A stretch of DNA of 64,000 nt from Nitrosopumilus sp. (GCA_963667665.2 OY763927.2:1536001-1600000), one strand, 5' to 3'; shown: positions 19,588 to 30,104, counted from the stretch's first letter. The notes: generated by a model not told the origin, from the letters alone. Translations and numbers: made by a program.

Positions 19588-20316
19588 TTAATTTTCTTTA
19601 AACATTGAGACAAATTTTGGCAGTGTAACTGCACTAGTATTTCTTATAACTAAATCCATTTCTGATGACATTTCAGTATTTTCTGGATTAACTTCAATCA
19701 ATATTGCTTTATTTTGTTTTGCATAGATTGGTAGTGTATTTGCAGGTGATACAACTAGAGATGTGCCAGCAATTATCATCAAATCACATTCACTTGCAAA
19801 AATCATAGCTTTTTGCCATACATCTTGTGGTAGAGATTCTCCAAACCAAACAACATTTGGCCTAAGTATATTTCCACACTTGCATAAGGGAGGAATTTCA
19901 GAAAATTCAGTTAATATTTCATCTTTAAAATCACAAACTGAACACTTGATTTTTACAATACTTCCATGTAATTCCAACACTTCTGAGCTTCCAGCCTTTT
20001 GATGAAGGCCATCAATATTCTGAGTTAATACCACAACTTTGACATATTTTTCAAGTTCAGCAATTACTTTGTGACCTAGATTTGGTTGTGCAGCAAAGAT
20101 ATTCTTCCTTCTTTCATTATACCACTCCCAAACCAATTTTGGATTATCATAAAATGCGTCAATAGTAGCTAATTTCATTGCATCATAGTTTCTCCATAAT
20201 CCATCTTTTCCTCTAAATGTGGGGATTCCACTTTCTTGTGATATTCCAGCCCCTGTTACAAATGCAATTTTTTTAATATCTTTTATGTGATCTTTAATTG
20301 ATTCAAACATTTTCAT
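19588..20316 (-). CDS. cobB: Sir2-family NAD-dependent deacylase
   Basis: GAGISQESGIPTFRG, TQNIDGLH, LHG, CxxC...CxC. Confidence 0.95.
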   Translation of the reverse strand: MKMFESIKDHIKDIKKIAFVTGAGISQESGIPTFRGKDGLWRNYDAMKLATIDAFYDNPKLVWEWYNERRKNIFAAQPNLGHKVIAELEKYVKVVVLTQNIDGLHQKAGSSEVLELHGSIVKIKCSVCDFKDEILTEFSEIPPLCKCGNILRPNVVWFGESLPQDVWQKAMIFASECDLMIIAGTSLVVSPANTLPIYAKQNKAILIEVNPENTEMSSEMDLVIRNTSAVTLPKFVSMFKEN

Positions 20317-21212
20317 TTAATTTCTATTTCTAAAAGATCTCTTGCAGTTGTTACTGAATTATGAATTTCTTCTGCTTCTTTCAAATGTCTAACTTCATCT
20401 TTGTATCTAGCTGAAAAATGTGTTAGAATTAAATTTTTTACTTTTGCATTTTTTCCTAAAGTTGCAGCTTGCTTAGCAGTAGAATGACACGTATCTTGTG
20501 CTCTTTCTCTTTCTTCATCAAGAAATGTAGAATCAAATACTAGATAATCACAATTTTCAAAAAATTTTTCTAATTCTTTAGTAGGCATTGTATCACCTGA
20601 AATTCCTATTTTTTTACCTGGACGTTTTTTTCCTAACACCTGTTCTGGTTTTATTATTTTTTCATTTATGGTAATTTCATTTCCATTTTGTAATTTATTC
20701 CATAATTCGCCTTCTGGTATGCCTAATTCCTTGGCTTTTTCAACATTAAATCTTCCAGGTTTATCTTTTTCTTCCAACAAATATGAAAATGCTGTAACTG
20801 AGTGATTTGCTTTGCATGCATATATTGAAAATTTTCCATTCTCAAAAATTTTTCCTTCTTTGATAATAGTAATTAAAACAGGAAATGATAACCCAAAATT
20901 TAATATTTTTATATTTGCTGCAATAAATTCATCAATTCCACTTGGACCAAAAATTTCTAAAGTTTCAGTTCTTTTTTGCATAGACATTGTTTGTAATAAT
21001 CCTAGAATTCCTACACAATGATCTCCATGTAGATGTGTAACAAACATTTTCATTTTCTTGTTCCATCCTAAACCTGATTTCATATAGGAAATTTGTGCAG
21101 CTTCCCCTGCATCAAACATTAAGATCTCTCCATCTCTTTCTAAACAAATACAAGATAGTCCCCTGTTTTCAGTGGGTTGAGATGCTGATGTTCCTAAAAA
21201 TACAAGTTTCAT
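20313..21212 (-). CDS. rnz: Ribonuclease Z
   Basis: THLHGDH, exosite arm, SGDT, HST, THFSARY. Confidence 0.96.
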   Translation of the reverse strand: MKLVFLGTSASQPTENRGLSCICLERDGEILMFDAGEAAQISYMKSGLGWNKKMKMFVTHLHGDHCVGILGLLQTMSMQKRTETLEIFGPSGIDEFIAANIKILNFGLSFPVLITIIKEGKIFENGKFSIYACKANHSVTAFSYLLEEKDKPGRFNVEKAKELGIPEGELWNKLQNGNEITINEKIIKPEQVLGKKRPGKKIGISGDTMPTKELEKFFENCDYLVFDSTFLDEERERAQDTCHSTAKQAATLGKNAKVKNLILTHFSARYKDEVRHLKEAEEIHNSVTTARDLLEIEIK

Positions 21213-22156
21213 TTAATCAAAATTGTCCTTGTCAAGCTTTTATGCCTATAGATTTCATATTTCTTTAATCCACTTAACTTCAAATTACTAGCTAATTCTT
21301 TTTTGTACATAATTGCTATTTTCTTACGTTTGGGCATAATTGAAAAAAATTTCTTTAGGATTTCTTCGGGTTTTTCTGATGCTTTTGATGCTCTACCATA
21401 TGGTAAGTCAGTGACAATTCCATCAAACTTTCCGGAGAGCTTTGAGAATTCTTGAAAATCTGATTTCAAAATCTTTGATTTATACCCATTTACCTTGAGA
21501 TTTTCTTTTGAAATTTCATACATTTTTTCATCAAAATCTAATCCAATTGCATGAATACCCATAGATTCAGCCTCCAAAAGTGTAGTTCCAGTACCACAAA
21601 ATGGATCACATACAGTTTCTCCTTCTTTTAACCCAATCAGGTTTATCATAACTCTTGTCAATTTCCAATCCAATTCATGAGGATATTTTTTAATTTTTTT
21701 GGGTCTGATTTTTTCTTTAATTCGTTCTGAAAATCCAAAAAAGTTTTCATTTTCTGTAAAAATTAAATATATTGTAATGTCAGGATCTTCCAAATCTACT
21801 TTTGCATGAGAGAATTTTGATATCATATCTCCCATAGAGCTTTCTAATTCTGGAATATTGAATTGTTTTGATGATAAATTAATTATTCTACACACAAAGG
21901 TCTTTGCATTTTTTAATACTTCAAAATTATCCTCATTTAAAAATAATCCTGACATCTTCCGTAATATTTGTCCAGAAACTTTAACAAATGAAGCACGCTT
22001 TGTAATTTCAATCCAATTTGTTTTTGATTGGATGATTATCAAATTAGAAATTACTTTAACTTTAGAAAATCTATCATACATTTTTGATAATGCAATTATT
22101 TCATCAGTTGCAAGCTCTAGATAATCTTTAGATAAAATAAAAAAACTTTCTGGCAT
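21209..22156 (-). CDS. THUMP-domain tRNA (guanine-N2) methyltransferase, Trm11-like
   Basis: DPFCGTGT, TDLPYG, N-terminal THUMP-like region. Confidence 0.85.
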   Translation of the reverse strand: MPESFFILSKDYLELATDEIIALSKMYDRFSKVKVISNLIIIQSKTNWIEITKRASFVKVSGQILRKMSGLFLNEDNFEVLKNAKTFVCRIINLSSKQFNIPELESSMGDMISKFSHAKVDLEDPDITIYLIFTENENFFGFSERIKEKIRPKKIKKYPHELDWKLTRVMINLIGLKEGETVCDPFCGTGTTLLEAESMGIHAIGLDFDEKMYEISKENLKVNGYKSKILKSDFQEFSKLSGKFDGIVTDLPYGRASKASEKPEEILKKFFSIMPKRKKIAIMYKKELASNLKLSGLKKYEIYRHKSLTRTILIK

Positions 22157-23037
22157 TACATTATTGCCTTTGTAATTGTATTAGAAACATCAACAACTGA
22201 TGTTTTACCTGGAATTGTATTTGTACTAACAATACTTGTAACTCCTGCTTTTCTTATCTTCTTTTCAGCATCATTCATTAAAAGAGCATGAGTACATGCA
22301 ACATACACTCTCTTACATTTTTGTTTTTTAAGAAATTGTGTTGCCTTGATGATACTTCCTCCAGTACTAATCATATCATCAACCAAAATTAGATCTCTAC
22401 CAACAACTGTATCTGAATTTTTTGTTTTAATTTGCACTTTGCCTGTTTTTTTATCTCTTTTTTTCTCTAGAGCAATATACTTTGTTCCAAATTCTTTTGC
22501 AAATTCTTTTGCTCTATTTTTTCCTCCTTGATCAGGAGAAACAACTAAAGGGTTTTTCAGGCTCAATTTCTTGAAATATTTCACAAGATCTGGAATTGCA
22601 GTGACGTTCTTTGATTTGATAGTAAAATGCTTGAGACCTATTGCACTGTGAATATCAACAGCAATTATTTTTGATGCACCAACTCCTTTAAACAATTTTG
22701 CAAGAACTTTCATCGTAATAATTTCACCAGGTAAAAATTCTCTGTCTTGTCTTGCATATCCCATATATGGAATTACAGCAATTACTTCAGATGATGTTTC
22801 TTTTGCTTTTGAAATTAATGATAATGCTTGAACTAGATTTGTATCAACAGGAGGATAAATTGATTGTACAACAATGGACTTTCTTTTAGATAGATTTCCT
22901 TTAAGAGTGATCTTGCTTTCTCTATCAGGAAAAACTCTAACTTCTGATTTTACAAGATTAGCTTTTAATTTTTTTGATAATTTTTTAGCTAGTTCTTCTG
23001 AAGATTTTCCTGAAATAACTGATATCTTACTCAACAA
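22156..23037 (-). CDS. prs: Ribose-phosphate pyrophosphokinase
   Basis: PYMGYARQD, VSPDQGG, VDDMISTGGS. Confidence 0.96.
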   Translation of the reverse strand: MLSKISVISGKSSEELAKKLSKKLKANLVKSEVRVFPDRESKITLKGNLSKRKSIVVQSIYPPVDTNLVQALSLISKAKETSSEVIAVIPYMGYARQDREFLPGEIITMKVLAKLFKGVGASKIIAVDIHSAIGLKHFTIKSKNVTAIPDLVKYFKKLSLKNPLVVSPDQGGKNRAKEFAKEFGTKYIALEKKRDKKTGKVQIKTKNSDTVVGRDLILVDDMISTGGSIIKATQFLKKQKCKRVYVACTHALLMNDAEKKIRKAGVTSIVSTNTIPGKTSVVDVSNTITKAIM

Positions 23038-23076
23038 GAAAATGTGATTTAATGTGATTCTTAAGTTTTGAGAAAA

Positions 23077-24801
23077 TCAATCTTCTTCTGCTGAACCTTC
23101 AGTTTTCTTAGTGCCATATTCCTTTACCACTTGGTCACGCATTTTATCTAATTTTCCAATCTCATCTGCTTCTCTTTTCTCATCGCCTTGGTATACTGTT
23201 CTAATAGGCCATGGAATTCTGATATCATACTCTTTGAATTCTTGATACATGATTGTTCTCATTTCACTTTTCATTTTAAACTGAGAACCATAATCTCGCA
23301 CAAACACTCTAAGTGCAAAATCAAGTGCTGAATCATTAAAACTGTTAAACCTTACAACAGGATCGCCTACATCTACATGTATTTCTTTATCACATCCACA
23401 ACTTGGTTTGTGTTCATCAAGATATGGACATCTTTTCTGTCTGGCTAGATGGTTACCTTGTCCATCTTTAACTTCTTTCATGGCTCGTTTACCTATCTTC
23501 ATTAGAATTGCTTCAACTTGTACAGGATCATTTAGATATGAAACTCCAACCTCAACAACTGCAGGAACAAGCTTGAATTCCTTTGTAAAGTTGATTATTT
23601 CTTCTGAGACAATTTGTTTTGTAGGAATAATTGCCAAAGATTCGTTGAGACCGTGTCTAACATAGGTTACTCTAGGTGTAATTTTGAATACTAAACCTGT
23701 ATATCCACTTGGCAAAGTAACCCTATCACCTTCTTTGATTACTCTGTCTTTCTTTATCATGATATATGCAAAATAATTTTCCATTGTTTCTTTTAGTGCT
23801 AGTCCTATACCAAGTGCCATTCCTCCAGTTGCAGTTGCCAAAACTACCAAATCTACTCCCCACCATGTAACTATACCAAGTATTGTTGCGACAAAAATTC
23901 CTATTGGAAGAACTTGTTTTGCAGATTTTGGAACTCCTTCTTTTTGTTTTCTTGCATATCCTGGTGGTCTTGAACTTGGAATTAATGGACTAAAGTTATT
24001 TTGTCTCTTTTGTTCTCGCCATATATCTATAGGATAAATTTCATCTGGAGAAGCACCAGGTTTCAGTTTTTGTCCTGACTGATTGCTTCCAGTGATACAA
24101 TTTTCAAAATATTTTTCATATTTTACTCTCTCTGATTTTTGCCATTCTTCAAATGGATCATCTACTAGTTTCTTGTAACTACCAATAGGTAAACCTCTGG
24201 AAGTACGGTATTTTTCAAGAAATTCTAAACCATCATCTGTTTGAATATATTTTTGAAATTCCTCATCGTTCATATCGTAAGGAGTAGTCTGAGGTGGAAT
24301 CCATTTGAAACATTTATGGAATAAATCATCATCATCTGCAAATCCTTGCATGTCATTCCATTGTTCATAATCTTCTCTTTCCAGAATCAATTTGTCACGT
24401 TTTGTTAAAGCAATTGGAATTAGGTGTGATATTGTCCAACCAATTACTAGTATGTTAATAGAATCAAGAAGTTTTGCAAATTTTTCAGCACCATCTGATC
24501 CATCTTCAATCTCTTTCTCAAATAGATCGGCAGTTTGTATGTATACATTAATGGATGATACTAAAGCTATTGCAAAAAATGGTAGTACTGCCTTGCGAAC
24601 AAATCTAGAAAAATGTGGTCGTGTATAGTTTAATTTTTGCGAAGAAACCCAATGTGAAAATTTACGATAAACTATCCCGATAACTACCAAACCAATGATT
24701 AAAAGAACAGAGGCTAGTTGAAGAGACTCTGATGAAGCTAAAAGCTGAGGTATTGTTTCAAATTCTCCTACAGAAATTCCTGCAGATTCATGCTCAGCCA
24801 T
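23077..24801 (-). CDS. MscS-family mechanosensitive channel with large soluble insertions
   Basis: GMALGIGLALKETMENYFA, GDRV, FNDSALDFALR, IRIPWP. Confidence 0.88.
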   Translation of the reverse strand: MAEHESAGISVGEFETIPQLLASSESLQLASVLLIIGLVVIGIVYRKFSHWVSSQKLNYTRPHFSRFVRKAVLPFFAIALVSSINVYIQTADLFEKEIEDGSDGAEKFAKLLDSINILVIGWTISHLIPIALTKRDKLILEREDYEQWNDMQGFADDDDLFHKCFKWIPPQTTPYDMNDEEFQKYIQTDDGLEFLEKYRTSRGLPIGSYKKLVDDPFEEWQKSERVKYEKYFENCITGSNQSGQKLKPGASPDEIYPIDIWREQKRQNNFSPLIPSSRPPGYARKQKEGVPKSAKQVLPIGIFVATILGIVTWWGVDLVVLATATGGMALGIGLALKETMENYFAYIMIKKDRVIKEGDRVTLPSGYTGLVFKITPRVTYVRHGLNESLAIIPTKQIVSEEIINFTKEFKLVPAVVEVGVSYLNDPVQVEAILMKIGKRAMKEVKDGQGNHLARQKRCPYLDEHKPSCGCDKEIHVDVGDPVVRFNSFNDSALDFALRVFVRDYGSQFKMKSEMRTIMYQEFKEYDIRIPWPIRTVYQGDEKREADEIGKLDKMRDQVVKEYGTKKTEGSAEED

Positions 24802-24956
24802 ATCTACTCAATTAAATCACAGTTTAATATAGAATACAAAGTTAACTTCTGTTATCATTATTGATTGAAATTTTCATCAAACTCTTGATAAATTCAAAAA
24901 TTTTTACGCGTAATTAGTCTGTAACCTTTAACAAGGGTTTATGCACTATTTACAAA

Positions 24957-26303
24957 ATGACCCATCAAGAATCAATTTGGAGTGATTCACCATCACTAAA
25001 ATCATATACATTAGCAAATTTTCGTAGTCTTCCACAAATTCAGAATCTTTCTGAAGAAACTCGATTTGAGATGGAAGTTGTAGGAAATGTTCTACCCTTT
25101 AAAGCAAACAACTACGTTGTTGAACAATTAATTGATTGGAATAATATTCCAAACGATCCAATGTATGTTTTGACTTTTCCTCAAAAAGGAATGTTAAAAC
25201 CAGAACATTATGAAAAAATGGCAACTCTTTTAAAAAATAATCCTGACAAAAAAGAAATTGCATCTATTGCAAATGAAATTCGTTTACAACTAAATCCACA
25301 TCCTGCAGGACAAATGGAACTTAATGTTCCAACACTAAAGGATGGAACCAAGTTGTATGGCATGCAACACAAATACAAGGAAACTTGTCTCTTCTTTCCA
25401 AGTCAAAGTCAAACTTGTCATGCTTACTGTACCTTTTGTTTTAGATGGCCACAATTTGTTGGAATGGATGAAATGAAATTTGCAATGCGAGAGGGAGAAC
25501 AACTTGTACAATATGTTTCAGAACATCCAGAAATTAGTGATGTACTCTTTACAGGTGGTGATCCAATGATTATGAATGCAAAAATGTTTTCCAAATACAT
25601 TGATACTTTAATTGATTCTAAACTTCCAAATCTTAAAACAATTAGAATCGGAACTAAAGCCCTTTCTTATTGGCCTTACAAATTTTTAACAGATTCTGAC
25701 TCGCAAGAAATGTTAGGCATTTTTAGAAAGATTACTGATAACGGATTACATCTAGCAATTATGGGTCACTTTAATCATCTAAATGAATTATCAACAGATG
25801 CTGTAAAATCTGCAATTAAAGAAGTTAGAAAAACTGGTGCTGAAATTAGAACGCAATCTCCACTTTTAGCACACATAAATGATGATGCAGAAATGTGGAC
25901 AAAGATGTGGACAAAACAAGTTCAATTAGGATGTATTCCGTACTACATGTTTGTAGTTAGAGATACTGGTGCTCAAGACTACTTTGGAATTCCTCTAGTC
26001 AAAGCATATGAAATTTTTAGTAAAGCCTATTCTTCTGTAAGTGGATTAGCAAGAACCGTTCGTGGACCTAGTATGTCTGCAACTCCAGGAAAAGTGCAGG
26101 TTGTTGGAACTACCACTATCCATGAACAAAAAGTAATAATTCTGAGATTTTTGCAGGGTAGAAATCCTAATTGGGTACATGAACCATTCTTTGCAAAATA
26201 TGATGAAAATGCAATTTGGTTAGATGATTTGAAACCAGCATTTACTGAAAAATTTTTCTTTGAAGATGAATTAAATGATATCAAAATATCAAAAATGAAT
26301 TAG
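24957..26303 (+). CDS. KamA-family radical SAM protein (lysine 2,3-aminomutase-like)
   Basis: HKY, CHAYCTFCFR, FTGGDP, HFNH, PYYMF, PGK. Confidence 0.9.
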   Translation: MTHQESIWSDSPSLKSYTLANFRSLPQIQNLSEETRFEMEVVGNVLPFKANNYVVEQLIDWNNIPNDPMYVLTFPQKGMLKPEHYEKMATLLKNNPDKKEIASIANEIRLQLNPHPAGQMELNVPTLKDGTKLYGMQHKYKETCLFFPSQSQTCHAYCTFCFRWPQFVGMDEMKFAMREGEQLVQYVSEHPEISDVLFTGGDPMIMNAKMFSKYIDTLIDSKLPNLKTIRIGTKALSYWPYKFLTDSDSQEMLGIFRKITDNGLHLAIMGHFNHLNELSTDAVKSAIKEVRKTGAEIRTQSPLLAHINDDAEMWTKMWTKQVQLGCIPYYMFVVRDTGAQDYFGIPLVKAYEIFSKAYSSVSGLARTVRGPSMSATPGKVQVVGTTTIHEQKVIILRFLQGRNPNWVHEPFFAKYDENAIWLDDLKPAFTEKFFFEDELNDIKISKMN

Positions 26304-26371
26304 AGTTTATCAATAGTGTAATAACCTACAAGTATAGGAATCATGAAAAATTAATCTAGTTGGTGTAAGGT

Positions 26372-27523
26372 ATGGTAGAAAACAATTATGATATTCTAAA
26401 AATCGTGGAAGGTTCAACTAGGAAAGAAATTAGAGATGCATTTAGACGATTAGCTCTTCAATTTCATTCAGATCGTGGAGGAGAAAATGAACAATTCATC
26501 AAAATTAAACAAGCATATGAGGATCTCAAAATTGGTAAGAAATATCCTGATACAGACATTGAAAAAATAAGAAATTCACACGTATATTCTGATGAATCTG
26601 AAGCTGATGTTAAAAGAAAAAATCAGATTCTAGGTCAGCAATTATCCAAAGAAATGAAAACTGCTGAAGAATGGGCAGCAGCCTTGAACAAATCAAACTC
26701 AACTGCAACAAGATTATTTGGATCAAAAACTCTTGGGGAAATTGAACTAGAAAGAAAAGCAACAGGTGCTTTGTCAATAAAAGGAAATTTTATGGCAGGA
26801 AATCTAACATATGATGGTCCAATAGTAATGCAAGGAAGTATAACTAGTCCCTCATGGACACAAGAATTCAAAACAAACATACATCTAACTAAAGGAGATT
26901 TTAAATTTGTTAATCCTTTAGAAACTAAATTCAAAATTGAGAATGGCGCTAGAATTATTGCAGATAACGGGGATGTTATAATTGGAAATATCTATGGCAG
27001 AAAATTTAAAATTGCAGACAAAGTAAAAGTTGGTGTATTTCAAATTCAGGAACATAGAACACACATTTCAGCTCCAAATGGAAAAATTATTGCTGAAAAT
27101 GTTGTCAATACAGTTTCACTAGATGCTGATACAATTATTGTTCTAAATGTAGAAGATGATGTAATATTATCTGGACGTGAAATTTTATTTTATGGAGGAA
27201 AATTTACACATGATTCTGTAATTGAATTAAAACATGGTGGCTCAATACGATTTTTTGAAAACTTTTCAATTCAAGGATTAAGTGGTGATGCAATAATCAA
27301 ACTTGAAAATGGCAAACAAATTCGATTGTTTGATCTAAAAACTAAAAAAATCAAAGATCTAGCTGATGAATTTATACCTAACAAGGAAAACTATGGAAAA
27401 GATGCTACTATGATTGGATATGGATTTACAATTACATATGATATGTTAGATAATCTTTCAAAGAAACCAACTAAAAAACAAAAAAGTGGTTGGGCATCAA
27501 AATTTGGTTTTTCTAAAAACTAA
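26372..27523 (+). CDS. J-domain protein (HSD variant) with beta-rich C-terminal domain
   Basis: NYDILKI...IRDAFRRLALQFHSDRGG...FIKIKQAYEDL. Confidence 0.85.
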   Translation: MVENNYDILKIVEGSTRKEIRDAFRRLALQFHSDRGGENEQFIKIKQAYEDLKIGKKYPDTDIEKIRNSHVYSDESEADVKRKNQILGQQLSKEMKTAEEWAAALNKSNSTATRLFGSKTLGEIELERKATGALSIKGNFMAGNLTYDGPIVMQGSITSPSWTQEFKTNIHLTKGDFKFVNPLETKFKIENGARIIADNGDVIIGNIYGRKFKIADKVKVGVFQIQEHRTHISAPNGKIIAENVVNTVSLDADTIIVLNVEDDVILSGREILFYGGKFTHDSVIELKHGGSIRFFENFSIQGLSGDAIIKLENGKQIRLFDLKTKKIKDLADEFIPNKENYGKDATMIGYGFTITYDMLDNLSKKPTKKQKSGWASKFGFSKN

Positions 27524-27591
27524 ATATCTCACAACGCACATCTAATACTAAGAATATCTAAAATAAGAAAAAGAAATTAAATTGAACTAAT

Positions 27592-27891
27592 CTAATCGAT
27601 TAATTCAGTCCAACCTTTGATGAAGACTGAGCTCCTGTAGAGTGGAACTGGTTGTCCGACAGTAAAGTCCATTGGTCTCATCCAAAAGATTGCTTTAGTT
27701 GGGCATACACCTATGCATGCTCCATCTGTGATGCATCTTTCTGGATAAAATACAAATGCTTTACCTCTCTTCCAGCCTTCAACTGGCTTTACTCTAAGGA
27801 CATCTGGACCAAGAGTTGTACAGATTTCTACACAAAGTGCACATCCGATACACATCTGTTCACTGATGTCTGGAAGTATTGCTACTGGCAT
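27592..27891 (-). CDS. Dicluster ferredoxin
   Basis: CIGCALCVEIC and CITDGACIGVCP; Asp replaces one Cys ligand. Confidence 0.92.
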   Translation of the reverse strand: MPVAILPDISEQMCIGCALCVEICTTLGPDVLRVKPVEGWKRGKAFVFYPERCITDGACIGVCPTKAIFWMRPMDFTVGQPVPLYRSSVFIKGWTELID

Positions 27892-27984
27892 TATGAAATC
27901 ATTCCTTGATTTGGTCTTTATATAATTATCCTAAAAATATCAAGTTATAACGGTGTTTTAAATTTGATCGCACCAAAATCCAAA

Positions 27985-28599
27985 TCAACTGTTTTCTTGT
28001 TCTATTTTGAATATCTTTGAATTTGCATCTTCCAAAGTACTGATCACTAAATCATTTTTAATTTTTTTTAAGAAAAAAACTCCTGTTTTTTCTGATTTTA
28101 TGATTTGTTTCCCTCCTGGAGATAATATCCATTCATTGTTTTCTTTCTTTCGTGCCATTGCAACTATAACAATAGATGAACTTGTTTGTTTTCCAACAGA
28201 CGCAAGTAACATAATACATGAATTGATGAATCTTGCAGATTCAAGATCATCAAACATATTGTAAACTCCATTGAATGAATCAATTACAACTAGGAATTCC
28301 TCCTTTGACACTTTAGTTATGATCTCTAATAATTCCTTCTTCCAACTTTCTTTGTCAGGATGAAAAATTGTTACATTATTTTTTTTCTGAATCATTCCAG
28401 ATTCAATATATCCTGTGTAAAGCAAATCCATATCTACAAAAATAATTGGATTTTTGATAGAATTGATTAGCCTGTTAAGAAATTCCGCTTTATCAAAAGG
28501 TTCTGAACATAACACTATACTTGGTAGGTTTTGCCTAAATTCATTTTGAATATGTGTTAAATTATTATCTAAAACCCTCTCAGGACTTTTATCCAACAC
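27985..28599 (-). CDS. Degenerate RecA/KaiC-fold protein
   Basis: IIFVDMD and VVIDSFN (Walker-B-like); no intact Walker A. Confidence 0.6.
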   Translation of the reverse strand: MLDKSPERVLDNNLTHIQNEFRQNLPSIVLCSEPFDKAEFLNRLINSIKNPIIFVDMDLLYTGYIESGMIQKKNNVTIFHPDKESWKKELLEIITKVSKEEFLVVIDSFNGVYNMFDDLESARFINSCIMLLASVGKQTSSSIVIVAMARKKENNEWILSPGGKQIIKSEKTGVFFLKKIKNDLVISTLEDANSKIFKIEQENS

Positions 28600-28625
28600 T
28601 ACTTTAGCATTTTACAGATATAATA

Positions 28626-29777
28626 ATGAATTTAGTATCAAAAGATATTTCAGATGATTTTCCTAATTCAGATAAAATCTATCTAAATAGTGCTTCAGTC
28701 TCTTTGATGCCTTCTCAAAGTATCGAAGCCATGAAAGAGTTTCTAATCTCATATAATTCAATTGGTCCTGATTCAAAAGATTCAGAGCTATTTGTTACGG
28801 AAAAACTACAAAATGTAAGAAAAATAATTGCAAAAATTATCTTCTGTCAACCAAATGAAGTTGTTCTTACTCAAAGTACAACTGATGGAATCAATATTGT
28901 GGCAAATGGTTTATCTTTTGATACTAATTCCAATATCATAATTCGTGGAATGACACATGAACATCATTCAAACTTTTATCCTTGGATAAAATTAAAAGAT
29001 AAAATTTCAATAAAAAATCTTCCTATAGATAAAAATGGTTTTTTCAAATTAGATGATCTAGAATCTCATATTGATGATAATACAAAACTAGTATCTCTCA
29101 GTCATGCTCTGTATAATACTGGCTCAATATTACCTGTCGAAGAAATTGGAAATATTCTTCAAGATAAAGTTCCATTCTTTATTGATAGTGCACAGACTGT
29201 AGGTTGTATAGGTGACATTGATGTATCAAAAATAAAATGTGATTTTATGTCATTTAATGGCTCTAAATGGCTTTGCGGTCCAATGGGCACCGGTTTGTTT
29301 TATTGTAATAGAAAATCAAGTGACTTGTTAGAACCAATGACAATTGGTGGTGAATCTGCAATAATTTATGATGATTCAAATCTTGCTTTCAAAGAACTAC
29401 CAGACAAATTTCAAACTGGTTTTAGAAATTATGTTGGAATAGTTGGATTGGAATCATCTGTTAAATACTTGCTAAACTTTGGTTTGAAAAATATCCATGA
29501 CAAAAATCAATACTTGTCAAATCTTTTCAGAGAAGAATTATCAAAAATCCCAAATATTATTTTGTACGGACCAGATGATCCAAATGTTAGAACCAGTATT
29601 GTATCTTTTAATATTGATGGTTTTGATCCACAAGAAATTGTAGATAAACTTGAAAAACAAGGTATTGTTTTGGCAGTAAGAGAAATTATGGAGAAGAAAA
29701 TTGTACGAGCATCTCCTCACTTTTTTAATACTGAATCAGAAATTCTTCAGGTAATTGATGCAATAAAAAAACTATAG
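28626..29777 (+). CDS. Class V PLP-dependent enzyme (SufS/EgtE-like)
   Basis: YLNSAS, EHHSN, DSAQ, GSKWLCGPMGTG; lacks the SufS RxGHHCA loop. Confidence 0.88.
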   Translation: MNLVSKDISDDFPNSDKIYLNSASVSLMPSQSIEAMKEFLISYNSIGPDSKDSELFVTEKLQNVRKIIAKIIFCQPNEVVLTQSTTDGINIVANGLSFDTNSNIIIRGMTHEHHSNFYPWIKLKDKISIKNLPIDKNGFFKLDDLESHIDDNTKLVSLSHALYNTGSILPVEEIGNILQDKVPFFIDSAQTVGCIGDIDVSKIKCDFMSFNGSKWLCGPMGTGLFYCNRKSSDLLEPMTIGGESAIIYDDSNLAFKELPDKFQTGFRNYVGIVGLESSVKYLLNFGLKNIHDKNQYLSNLFREELSKIPNIILYGPDDPNVRTSIVSFNIDGFDPQEIVDKLEKQGIVLAVREIMEKKIVRASPHFFNTESEILQVIDAIKKL

Positions 29778-30029
29778 ATTTTCTTGCTCATCTATTACCA
29801 TCATAGTTAACGTTGATTGAACTTTACTGATTTTTCTAATTTTATTGGTGATAATTGCACGTAATTTCTCAGCATCATCAGATGATAATTTTAAGACAAT
29901 GTCATACACTCCATAAACTCCTTGAACTTCAGATGTAACGTCTTCCTCTGCAAGAATCTGCTTTACTTCATTAATGATTGACTCATCTGATCCTAAATCC
30001 GAATTCAATAGAACATACGCAGTAGGCAC
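29772..30029 (-). CDS. Stand-alone Lrp/AsnC ligand-binding (RAM) domain protein
   Basis: AYVLLN, GVYGVYDIV, IRKISKVQSTLT. Confidence 0.9.
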   Translation of the reverse strand: MPTAYVLLNSDLGSDESIINEVKQILAEEDVTSEVQGVYGVYDIVLKLSSDDAEKLRAIITNKIRKISKVQSTLTMMVIDEQENL

Positions 30030-30104
30030 ACGAAATTTTTCATCAAACAGTATTTAACCTTTCATAATTCAAAAACTGATTAATCACTATCAAGATCTGT
30101 TGGT

